A stretch of DNA of 64,000 nt, from assembly GCA_038231275.1 (NCBI GenBank), contig JBBRLQ010000011.1, positions 128,001 to 192,000 of the forward strand, written 5' to 3'. Made by a program: the position numbers and the translations under genes. The stretch is from Polyangiales bacterium. Its GTDB lineage: Bacteria > Myxococcota_A > Polyangia > Polyangiales > Polyangiaceae. The notes beneath the pieces are model-generated. The model was not told the DNA's origin. It did not search any database and saw only the letters and a list, made by a program, of their open reading frames with translations. The first letter of the stretch is position 1. Every line of letters begins with the position of its first letter. Positions 52,257 to 60,223 of the stretch are shown here, in pieces.

Positions 52257-52601
52257 GTGAGGCCGCTCGTGAAGCCGCTCGTCTTCGCCGCGGTCGGTGT
52301 CACCGTGGCCGTGCTCGCGGCCTGCTCGACGAAGGCGAAGCTCATCGCGCAAGGGGGGGAGTGCCTCCAGGCGACGGACTGCGCGGACGGCCTCGTGTGC
52401 GTCCCGCAGAAGGACGGCCGGCGCCTCTGCGACAACGATCTCTCGCTCGTTCAATCCACGGAGGACGCCGCGGCGCCAGCACCCACCGACGCCGGTCGTC
52501 GCGACGGCTCCGCAGACGCCGCCTCCGACGCGCCGACGCCGCCCCCCGACTCCGGGACCGACGCCGACGATGGCGCGGTCGCCGACTCCGCTACCGAGTA
52601 A
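52257..52601 (+). CDS. Small Cys-rich lipoprotein
   Basis: Lipobox LAAC; GGECLQATDCADGLVC; DAG/DSG acidic tail. Confidence 0.75.
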   Translation: MRPLVKPLVFAAVGVTVAVLAACSTKAKLIAQGGECLQATDCADGLVCVPQKDGRRLCDNDLSLVQSTEDAAAPAPTDAGRRDGSADAASDAPTPPPDSGTDADDGAVADSATE

Positions 52602-52604
52602 CCG

Positions 52605-53627
52605 TCACTCGCGCCAGAAGAACTTCCAAGGGTTGTGCTTCAGGTCGCGGACCATCTCCTGGAGATCGTCGTAGACCTGCTCGTCCATCAGGAGCGAGCC
52701 GACCGTCCCGTCCCCCTTCTTGATGTGCGCGACGATCGCCTGCGCGTCCGCCGCCGTCGCGTTGGCCCGCGCCGCGAGCTGCGCCACGTCCTCGAGCGCC
52801 TTCTTCAGCTTGGCTTGCTCGTCCGCGCCGCCGACGGTCGCCGAGACGCGGTTCAAGTTCGCCAGCGCCTCGCGCGCGTCCTTGAGCATCGGCCCGCTGT
52901 CCTTCTGAAGGTCAGTGGAGATGCGATCGATGTTGTCGATGGTATGGGCGATCTTGGGGTTGTCGACGTACTTCATCCGCGCGTCGTGCGTGAGCGTGTT
53001 CGCTTCCGCCGACAGCGCTTCGAGGTTCGCCATCGTGCGGTTGATGCGCTCGCGGTTGTCGGTGATGACGCCGTTCAGCCCCTTCAAGAGCCCCGCGGTG
53101 TTGACGGCGATGTCGCTGATCAGCTCGCGGTTGTTCTTGATGCCGGTGACCGTCGTGTCGAGCAGCTCGAACGCCTTCGCGAGGAACAGGTCGAGGCGCG
53201 GCGGATCGATCCCCTTCACGATCGCGCCGTCCTTCAGCACCGGCTTCTGGATGCTCCCCGGTTCGATCGCGAGGAACTGCTCGCCGAGCACGCCTTGCGT
53301 CGTCACGTAGAAATCCGCATCCTCGTGGACCGCCTCGCGCACGCGCTCTTCGACGGACAGCTTCGCGCGCACGAGGGTGCGCCGGTTGGTCTTCGGATCG
53401 ACCGCGCCGTTCATGAAGCGCAGCTCCGACACCTTGCCGACCTTCACGCCGGCGATGCGCACCGGCGCGCCGGACTGGAGGCCGCCCGGGTTGTCGAAGT
53501 CGACGTAGACGGTGTACGTCTTCTCGAAATTCATGCCGCCCATGATGAGGATGAAGGCGGCCAGGATCCCGAGCGACACCAGGATCAAGACGCCGACCTT
53601 GACCTCGATCGATTTCTCTTGGGCCAT
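52605..53627 (-). CDS. mlaD: MCE/MlaD-family protein with long helical extension
   Basis: EVKVG + TM, GGLQSGAPVRIAGVKVGKV, GVLGEQFLAIEPG, ~190-aa helical region, C-terminal DLKHNPW. Confidence 0.92.
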   Translation of the reverse strand: MAQEKSIEVKVGVLILVSLGILAAFILIMGGMNFEKTYTVYVDFDNPGGLQSGAPVRIAGVKVGKVSELRFMNGAVDPKTNRRTLVRAKLSVEERVREAVHEDADFYVTTQGVLGEQFLAIEPGSIQKPVLKDGAIVKGIDPPRLDLFLAKAFELLDTTVTGIKNNRELISDIAVNTAGLLKGLNGVITDNRERINRTMANLEALSAEANTLTHDARMKYVDNPKIAHTIDNIDRISTDLQKDSGPMLKDAREALANLNRVSATVGGADEQAKLKKALEDVAQLAARANATAADAQAIVAHIKKGDGTVGSLLMDEQVYDDLQEMVRDLKHNPWKFFWRE

Positions 53628-53653
53628 GTCCGGCTAGCTTACGGCAAGAGGCG

Positions 53654-54397
53654 TCACGCCTCCATCGGTCCCTGCGCGCGGCCGTGGATGAATTGCTGGA
53701 CGACCCCGTCGTCGGTCGCCTTGAATTCGGCGGGCGTGCCGATCATCTTCACGAGGCCCTGGTAGAGCATGACGATCCGATCGGCGATCGTGAAGATGCT
53801 GACCAGATCGTGGCTCACGACGATGGACGTCACCCCCAGCTTGGTCGACAGCTCCCGAATGAGCTTGTCGACGCGGCGCGCGCTCACCGGATCGAGCGAG
53901 GTGGTGGGCTCGTCGAAGAGGACGTATTTCGGGTCGAGCGTGAGGGCGCGCGCGATGGCGACGCGCTTGCGCATGCCGTCGCCGAGCGCCGGCGGGTAGT
54001 GGTCGCCGAACTCCTGCATGTGCACGATCGCTAGCCGGCGTCGCGCCTCGGCGAGCGCGTCCTTCTGGCTGAGGCCCTTGTGCTTGCGGAGAGGCAGCGC
54101 CACGTTCTCGGCGCAGGTCATCGAGTCGAAGAGCGTCGAGTGCTGGAACACCATCGCGCATTTCTTTCGGATGGGATCCATCTGCTTCTCGCTGAACTGG
54201 CTGATCTCCTCGCCGTCGAGCCAAATTTGACCGTCATCCGGGTAGAGGAGGCCGACGAGGTGCTTGATGAGCACGCTCTTGCCGACGCCCGACGCGCCGA
54301 TGATGAAGAACACCTCGCCCGGCTTCACGTCGAAGCTCACGTCGGTCAGGACCGGCTTGGGGCCGAAGGACTTCTTGATGTTGCGAAACTGGATCAT
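53654..54397 (-). CDS. mlaF: MlaF/Mkl-type ABC ATPase with degenerate signature
   Basis: GASGVGKS, FQ, signature LGDGM, LFDEPTTSLDP, VSHD. Confidence 0.92.
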   Translation of the reverse strand: MIQFRNIKKSFGPKPVLTDVSFDVKPGEVFFIIGASGVGKSVLIKHLVGLLYPDDGQIWLDGEEISQFSEKQMDPIRKKCAMVFQHSTLFDSMTCAENVALPLRKHKGLSQKDALAEARRRLAIVHMQEFGDHYPPALGDGMRKRVAIARALTLDPKYVLFDEPTTSLDPVSARRVDKLIRELSTKLGVTSIVVSHDLVSIFTIADRIVMLYQGLVKMIGTPAEFKATDDGVVQQFIHGRAQGPMEA

Positions 54398-54412
54398 CAA
54401 AGTTGGGCGCCG

Positions 54413-55246
54413 TCAGTTCGGGAAGATCAGGAACGCGGCGCCCGAGATGAAGAAGTTCAAGATGATGATGGCGAGGGACGAGTTGACGACGGCGCGCGTC
54501 GTGGCCCAGCCGACGCCCTCCGAGCCGCCGAAAGTGGAGAGGCCGCAGTAGCCGCTCACGATCGGGATCGCGGCGCCGTACGCGATGCACTTCGTGAGGC
54601 CCGTCGTCAGATCGCCCGCGTCGACGAGGCGCGCGTTGAAGAACGTCTCGGGTGACACGCCGAACGCCACGTACGCGGTGCCGGCGCCCGCGCAGAACGC
54701 CACCGTGCCGGCGAGGACGATGAGCATCGTCGTCATCACGAGGCTGGCGAGGAAACGGGGGACGATCAAAAAATCGATGGGATCGGCCGCGCACATGCGG
54801 AGCGCGTCGACCTGCTCGGTGACGACCATCGAGCCAATTTCGGCGGCGATCCCGGCGCCCACGCGCGTGGCGAGCATGAGCGCGCCGATCGACGCGGCGA
54901 AATCGCGGACGAGGAGCTCGAGGTACGTCGCGCCGAGCAGCGTGAAGTCGGGGACGATGCGCTTGGACTGCAGGCCCGCCTGGTACACCAGGATCATCCC
55001 GATGAAGCCCATCGTGATGCAGAGGAAGAAGAGCGATTTGTTGCCGATCTCGTACATCTGCTGGACGAGCGCGCCCTTCTCGCGCTTGCCGCGGAAGACG
55101 TAATAGAGCGTCCGCACGAAGACCGAGTACATCTCGCGACCGCCGAGGATGAGATCGATCGCGGCGGCGCCGAGGGTGGCGACGAAGCCCGGTTCGGGCG
55201 GCTCCTCCTTCAGGTCGAGGGAGGACGGGGGCGCGGCGTCGGTCAT
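54413..55246 (-). CDS. mlaE: MlaE-family ABC permease
   Basis: ATRVGAGIAAEIGSMVVTEQVDAL, LIVPR, GVGWATTRAVV. Confidence 0.93.
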   Translation of the reverse strand: MTDAAPPSSLDLKEEPPEPGFVATLGAAAIDLILGGREMYSVFVRTLYYVFRGKREKGALVQQMYEIGNKSLFFLCITMGFIGMILVYQAGLQSKRIVPDFTLLGATYLELLVRDFAASIGALMLATRVGAGIAAEIGSMVVTEQVDALRMCAADPIDFLIVPRFLASLVMTTMLIVLAGTVAFCAGAGTAYVAFGVSPETFFNARLVDAGDLTTGLTKCIAYGAAIPIVSGYCGLSTFGGSEGVGWATTRAVVNSSLAIIILNFFISGAAFLIFPN

Positions 55247-55250
55247 CGCG

Positions 55251-56081
55251 TCATCCGAGTAGGAAGCTCACGAGGTAGTCGATCACGAAGACGCCCGCGG
55301 CGCTGGCGACGACCTGCGCGTTGACGGCGCGGCCGACGCCGGGGGCGCCGCCCTTGGTGGCGAGGCCGAAGTAACAGCTCGCGAGCGCGATGAGCAGGCC
55401 GAAGAGGAAGCTCTTGAAGAGGCCGTTCGCGACGTCGCCGAAGCCGAGGTTGAAGATGCCGGTGGTGAGGCCGTTGTAGAAGGTCTGCGGGTCGACCCTG
55501 AGGAGGCCCTGCGCGGTGTACGCGGCGCCGATGAGCGCGATGGCGTCGGCGAAGAGCGTCATCATGAAGAGCGTCATCGTGATCGCGATGAAGCGCGGGA
55601 GGATGAGGAACGAGATGGAGTCGATCGCGAGGACGCGCAGCGCGTCGAGCTGCTCGGTCACCACCATCGTACCGAGCTCGGCCGTGTTGTTTGCGCCGAC
55701 GCGGCCGCTGATCATGAGCGCCGTGAGGAGAGGGGCGATCTCGCGGAGCGTCCCGAAGCCGGCGCCGCCGCCGATCATCGACTCGGCGTTGTAGCGCTTC
55801 ACGATGACCGCGGCTTGGATGACCATGATCGCGCCGGTGAAGACGGCGGTGACCGCGACGATCGGCAGGGATTTTACCCCCATCTTGTAGAGGTTCTTCC
55901 AGAGCTCCTGACCGTCGAACCGGCCGCGCACGAGGCGCGAGAGGCAGCGGCCGAAGAGGATGCCCATGCCGCCCGTCGTCGTCGCGATGCCGAGGAACGC
56001 GGCGCCGACCCGCGCGGCCGTGACCTGGCCGAAGGGGACCTTCCGCTCTTTCGGCTCTTGGGGCGTGCTCGCGGCGGTCAC
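55251..56081 (-). CDS. mlaE: MlaE-family ABC permease (second paralog)
   Basis: REIAPLLTALMISGRVGA, AELGTMVVTEQLDAL, GGAPGVGRAV. Confidence 0.93.
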   Translation of the reverse strand: MTAASTPQEPKERKVPFGQVTAARVGAAFLGIATTTGGMGILFGRCLSRLVRGRFDGQELWKNLYKMGVKSLPIVAVTAVFTGAIMVIQAAVIVKRYNAESMIGGGAGFGTLREIAPLLTALMISGRVGANNTAELGTMVVTEQLDALRVLAIDSISFLILPRFIAITMTLFMMTLFADAIALIGAAYTAQGLLRVDPQTFYNGLTTGIFNLGFGDVANGLFKSFLFGLLIALASCYFGLATKGGAPGVGRAVNAQVVASAAGVFVIDYLVSFLLG

Positions 56082-56094
56082 GGAGGCGGCGATC

Positions 56095-56409
56095 CTACTC
56101 GTCCCGCAGAAGCGCGTCGATCGCCACGAGGGGAGCGCTCGTCGCGACCACGAACGCGACGCTCCACAGGAGGCCGAGGCCCACGCCCGCGAAGCTGCGC
56201 CGCGTGCGCCAGAAGTGCAGCACGATGCCGATCTCCGGGAAGAGGACCATCGCCGAGAGCTTCGTCGACGACGGCCACGCGCGATCGAGCTGCTCGGGGG
56301 CGCGCGCGAAAAGGCGCCGTTCGTCCCACGAGAGAAGCATCAGAGCCGCGGGGATCTTGATCGCCATCGCGAGCACGAGCTCCAGCGCGTCGAGCGTCCC
56401 GTTCTCCAC
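56095..56409 (-). CDS. Small membrane protein (about 3 TM) within the mla/mce operon
   Basis: 104 aa, hydrophobic; 4-nt and 13-nt gaps to its neighbours. Confidence 0.65.
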   Translation of the reverse strand: MENGTLDALELVLAMAIKIPAALMLLSWDERRLFARAPEQLDRAWPSSTKLSAMVLFPEIGIVLHFWRTRRSFAGVGLGLLWSVAFVVATSAPLVAIDALLRDE

Positions 56410-56413
56410 CGAC

Positions 56414-57169
56414 TCAGAGCGGCCCCTCCGTGAGGCCGTGCACGAACTGCTTCACGCGAGGCTCGATGCTCTCGACCGCCTCCTTCGTGGTCCCGTCGAA
56501 GATCAGCTCGCCGCGGTACATCATGCCGACGCGATCGGTGACGGTGACGAGGCGGTCGAGGTCGGACGACACCATGATGACGGTGGCGTTCGCGGCGCGC
56601 TGCTCGGCGCGGAGGAGCTCGAAGATCTTTTGCGACGTCACCGGATCGAGGCCGGCCGCGGGCTCGTCGTAGAGCACGATGGGCGCGTTCGTGATGGTGG
56701 CGCGCGCGACGCCGACGCGCTTCTTCTGTCCGCCGGAGAGGCCGGCAGGCATGCGCGACTCGAAGCCGGACAAGGCGACGCACGCGAGGCGCTCGGCGAC
56801 GCGCGCCTGCACCTCGGTCTCGGGCGGCGCGTAGAGGCGACGGAGCGGGAACGCGATGTTGTCGCCGACGGTGAGGTGATCGAAGAGCGCGTTGTTCTGG
56901 AAGAGCATGCCGAGGCGCTTACGGAGCTCTTGGAGCTTGAGATCGGTCAGCGTCGTCACCTCCTCGCCGGCCACGACGACCGAGCCGGCGTCGGGCCGCA
57001 TCAGGCCCGTCACCATCTTGAGGAGGACGCTCTTGCCGGAGGCGCCGGGGCCGATCAGGCCGTAGAGGCAGCCTTCGGGGACGTGCAGGTTCACGTCGCG
57101 GAGGACGTGCGCGACGCGCTGCGGGCCGCTCACTGGAAACGACTTGGAGACGCCGCGCAGCGTGATCAC
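56414..57169 (-). CDS. mlaF: MlaF/Mkl-type ABC ATPase lacking the switch His
   Basis: GPGASGKS, FQ, LSGGQ, LYDEPAAGLDP, H-loop VSSD; C-terminal QFVHG..EGP. Confidence 0.92.
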   Translation of the reverse strand: MITLRGVSKSFPVSGPQRVAHVLRDVNLHVPEGCLYGLIGPGASGKSVLLKMVTGLMRPDAGSVVVAGEEVTTLTDLKLQELRKRLGMLFQNNALFDHLTVGDNIAFPLRRLYAPPETEVQARVAERLACVALSGFESRMPAGLSGGQKKRVGVARATITNAPIVLYDEPAAGLDPVTSQKIFELLRAEQRAANATVIMVSSDLDRLVTVTDRVGMMYRGELIFDGTTKEAVESIEPRVKQFVHGLTEGPL

Positions 57170-57176
57170 GTGACGA

Positions 57177-57926
57177 TCACCGCGCCGGTTCGGCGCTCCT
57201 GGCACGGAGGAGACGCGTGTAGACTGCAAGTAGCGCCCCGGCCAGGACCGCGATGAGGACGACCATCCCCACGAGGGAGAGCTGGAGCGATCGCAACGAG
57301 CCGCGCGCCACCGTGATGGGGCCGACGTGGGCGAGATCCGCTTCGCCAACGCGCGCGGGGGCGGCGCGCGGCACCGTCACCACCGCCACGTCGACCGGCG
57401 AGAGGCCTCCCACGCCCCCCGCGACGAGACGCTGGATCGCGTCGCTCGTGAGCGGCGGCGTCGAGCCTCGATGCTCGACGAGGACGCTCGCCGACGATTT
57501 CCCGACCGGCGCGTCGCGGAGCGGATCGCGCGTCGGCAGGTTGAGGTGCACGCGCGCCGCCAGCACCCCGTCGACCCCCTCGAGCGTGCGCTCCAGATCT
57601 CCGGCCAGTCCCGCGACCAGCTGCGCGTGCTCTTGCGCCTGGCTGGGCACGAGCGCGCCCTTGTCCATCGTGTCGAGCACGCCGCGCGGCCTCGGGCGGG
57701 GGAGGCCTTCGCCCTGCATCGCGACGAGCGCGCGCGGGACGTCGTCGCGCGCCACGGTCACGCGGATCTGTCCCTCACCGCCCGGATCGATCTCCTTGGT
57801 GGCGTCGATCTTCGCGTGGTCGAGCGCCACGACGATCCTGTTTGCGTCGGTCTCGTCGAGCCCCGCGCCGACCGGCACGCCGCAGCCGGCGAGGAGGACG
57901 GCCAAGAGGAGAGCGCGCGCGCGCAC
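57177..57926 (-). CDS. sctJ: SctJ/YscJ-family (T3SS inner-ring / FliF-like) lipoprotein, orphan
   Basis: Lipobox LAGC; GLDETDANRIV, GLPRP, LVPS, LERTLEGVDGVLAARVHL, SASVL, LVAGGVGGL, C-terminal TM + basic tail. Confidence 0.88.
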   Translation of the reverse strand: MRARALLLAVLLAGCGVPVGAGLDETDANRIVVALDHAKIDATKEIDPGGEGQIRVTVARDDVPRALVAMQGEGLPRPRPRGVLDTMDKGALVPSQAQEHAQLVAGLAGDLERTLEGVDGVLAARVHLNLPTRDPLRDAPVGKSSASVLVEHRGSTPPLTSDAIQRLVAGGVGGLSPVDVAVVTVPRAAPARVGEADLAHVGPITVARGSLRSLQLSLVGMVVLIAVLAGALLAVYTRLLRARSAEPAR

Positions 57927-57927
57927 G

Positions 57928-59811
57928 TCAGTTCCGCCCGTCCAGCACCGCCGGCGCCGGCTTCGGCGTGGGGGGCTTCGTGGCCGGGGGCTTCGGCGTC
58001 GTGGTCGGGGGCTTCGGCGTCGTGGTCGGGGGCTTCGGTGTCGCGGTGCCCTTCGGTCCGGGCGGCGCGGGCGTCGGCGGAGGCGTCGGTCCGGCGGCGG
58101 CCTTCTGGCGCTTCACGACGACGCGCTTCATCTCCTTCATCCAGCGCTCCATGTCGCTGCCCGGCGCGTGGTCCTTGCGGATCGCGGCCTCCATCGGCCA
58201 CCACGCGACGGGGCGATCGTTGATCGCGAAGACGATGTCGTACTGACCTTCTTTGTTCGCGAGCGGCGGCGGCGCCATGCCGTTGGACCCCAGGCACGAC
58301 CACGTGTGCTCGGGGCGGAGCTCCGGCTTGAAGCAGCCGTCGCTGCGGCCGACGATGTTGCCGGCGTCATCGAGGACGAAAGCGCTGATGCTCACGTTGG
58401 TGCCCGACCACCCGCGGGTGCCGCGCGCGAACCAGGTGTAACCGACGCGGCGCGGGTAGCTCCGCTCGGCCCACGCCGCGCGGATGCCCATGAGCGTGAG
58501 CGGATCGTCGTTGCCCATCATCGCCACAACGATGTCGACGTCGGGATCGCCGTCGTCGACCACGTCGGCGGAGTGCTCGTCGGCGAGCTCGTCGTCGTCG
58601 TCCTCGAGCTGCAGCGAGACCTGCGACTGGCCGATCTCTTTCCCGCCGCTTTTCAAAGTCACGAGGTACTTTCCGTGCGTCTTGGCAGTGAAGCGGAGGT
58701 TGCCGCTCACGAACGCGACGCGCTGGTGCTCGCCCACGCGAACGGTGGACGGCCACGACGCGACTACGTTTCCGTTCGGATCCTTCGCCTCGAACTCGAC
58801 GTCGGTCGGGCCCTTCGGAAGCCCGAAGACCATCGCCACCGCGGGGATGCGCGTGCCGTCCTGCTTGGCCTCGATGAGGTGGGCGTTGCCCATGATGTGG
58901 GCGACCTGCTGATCGTTCGGATCGCGCGAGACGCTCAGGCGGTCGGTGATGAAGAGATCCGCGTACACCTTGCCGCGGTGCTTCTGCGCGTAATCGGCGA
59001 GCACCTTCTGGACGGCCGGCGGGTGGCCGGCCTGCACTTCGCGCACCTCCGACGCGGCGACCGCGCTCGAGATGGGGGCGATGCCGCCGCTGCCGGTGAA
59101 GAGGATGGCGTGGTTGACGCCGACGACGTGCGGCTTGCCGGAGGCGTCCATGGTCACGACCGGCCCGCCCGAGAAGCCCGGGTACACGGCGCCGTCGAAC
59201 AGCACGAGGCGCGCGCCGAACATGTCGACCTGTCCCGACGCGATGCCCTCGCTCATGCCCCACGACAGCGCCCAGTAGCCGTGCCCGGTGTGGCCGAGCG
59301 CCCAAACCGGCTCGCCGACGCGGATCTCTTTGGCGTCGATCGGCAATGGAGGCACGCCCGTGAGCGGCTGCTTCGGCCTGAGGATGGCGACGTCACGCAC
59401 TTCGTCGATGCGCACGACCTCGGCGTCGACGGTCTGGCCGGTGCGCGTGGTGACCTTCAGCCGATCGGGACGGAAGACGACGTGCGCGGCGGTGACGATC
59501 TGTCCGCCCTCGACCATGAAGCCGGTGCCGTGCGGCGTCGGATCTTTGCGGAGCGAGACGTCGATGACGCGCTTGGGCGCCTTGGCCTCGTCGCCCAGCG
59601 TCCGTTCGATCTCCTTGATCTCCTCCTCCCGATCGGCGCGATCGTCGTTCAGGATCGCGACGACCGACGGCGCGGTGGCCTCGAAGACGGCGAGAGCGGT
59701 CGGCTTGGGAGGCGAAGCAGGCACGCTCGGCGCTCCTCCGCATGAAATGCCGACGAGTCCAGTCAGCACGAACGAAAGCAGCTTGGCGGTACTAAGATGC
59801 GGGGATTTCAT
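57928..59811 (-). CDS. Trypsin-like (S1C) serine protease lipoprotein with uncharacterised C-terminal domains
   Basis: GTGF, TAAHV, DVAIL, PGFSGGP triad; lipobox GISC; no PDZ motif seen; Pro/Thr/Lys tail. Confidence 0.88.
   Translation of the reverse strand: MKSPHLSTAKLLSFVLTGLVGISCGGAPSVPASPPKPTALAVFEATAPSVVAILNDDRADREEEIKEIERTLGDEAKAPKRVIDVSLRKDPTPHGTGFMVEGGQIVTAAHVVFRPDRLKVTTRTGQTVDAEVVRIDEVRDVAILRPKQPLTGVPPLPIDAKEIRVGEPVWALGHTGHGYWALSWGMSEGIASGQVDMFGARLVLFDGAVYPGFSGGPVVTMDASGKPHVVGVNHAILFTGSGGIAPISSAVAASEVREVQAGHPPAVQKVLADYAQKHRGKVYADLFITDRLSVSRDPNDQQVAHIMGNAHLIEAKQDGTRIPAVAMVFGLPKGPTDVEFEAKDPNGNVVASWPSTVRVGEHQRVAFVSGNLRFTAKTHGKYLVTLKSGGKEIGQSQVSLQLEDDDDELADEHSADVVDDGDPDVDIVVAMMGNDDPLTLMGIRAAWAERSYPRRVGYTWFARGTRGWSGTNVSISAFVLDDAGNIVGRSDGCFKPELRPEHTWSCLGSNGMAPPPLANKEGQYDIVFAINDRPVAWWPMEAAIRKDHAPGSDMERWMKEMKRVVVKRQKAAAGPTPPPTPAPPGPKGTATPKPPTTTPKPPTTTPKPPATKPPTPKPAPAVLDGRN
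57986..58040. repeat. 21-bp tandem repeat encoding PKPPTTT in the protease tail
   Basis: GGGGGCTTCGGCGTCGTGGTC x2 plus a partial third copy. Confidence 0.85.
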
Positions 59812-60223
59812 GGCGCGCCCACTTGGGTAGCCGAGATCGCGGCCTTTTCGCAACGCGCCTTTGTCGGGAAGACCAGGGTGGCATAGACTTCATGCGGAGG
59901 GGGGCGACGACCGGACCAGGCCCCCCGACGACGAGCCGCCGCCCCCCCGGGCGCGCCGAAGTTGGGGCCTCCCGGGGCCGCCGATCGCGGAGAAAGCCGC
60001 CCGGTGTTGCGGCCGGCCCCGACGGGTGTTATCAGGCTTAATAGGGCTGGCGCTCAACTGAGCCCGTCCGCGCGCCCTGTCGGGTGCGCTCGGCGGCCCC
60101 ACCGCCCCAGCCGACTGCTCTTTTGCCAGCCCTGGGCCAGCCTTTGGCCCCCCTCGTACTTCCCATTGCGCGTTTTTCTGGCGCAAGGAAAGGCGCGCGG
60201 ACTCCGCGTAGCACCCCCACCTC

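Noticed and set aside
57177..57926. Complete type III secretion or flagellar locus
   Set aside because: Only the SctJ-like gene is present; no export apparatus, ATPase, secretin or flagellar genes in the window
59860..60200. RNase P RNA, tmRNA, SRP RNA or a known riboswitch
   Set aside because: I could not find their hallmark conserved sequences on either strand; kept only as an unassigned structured region
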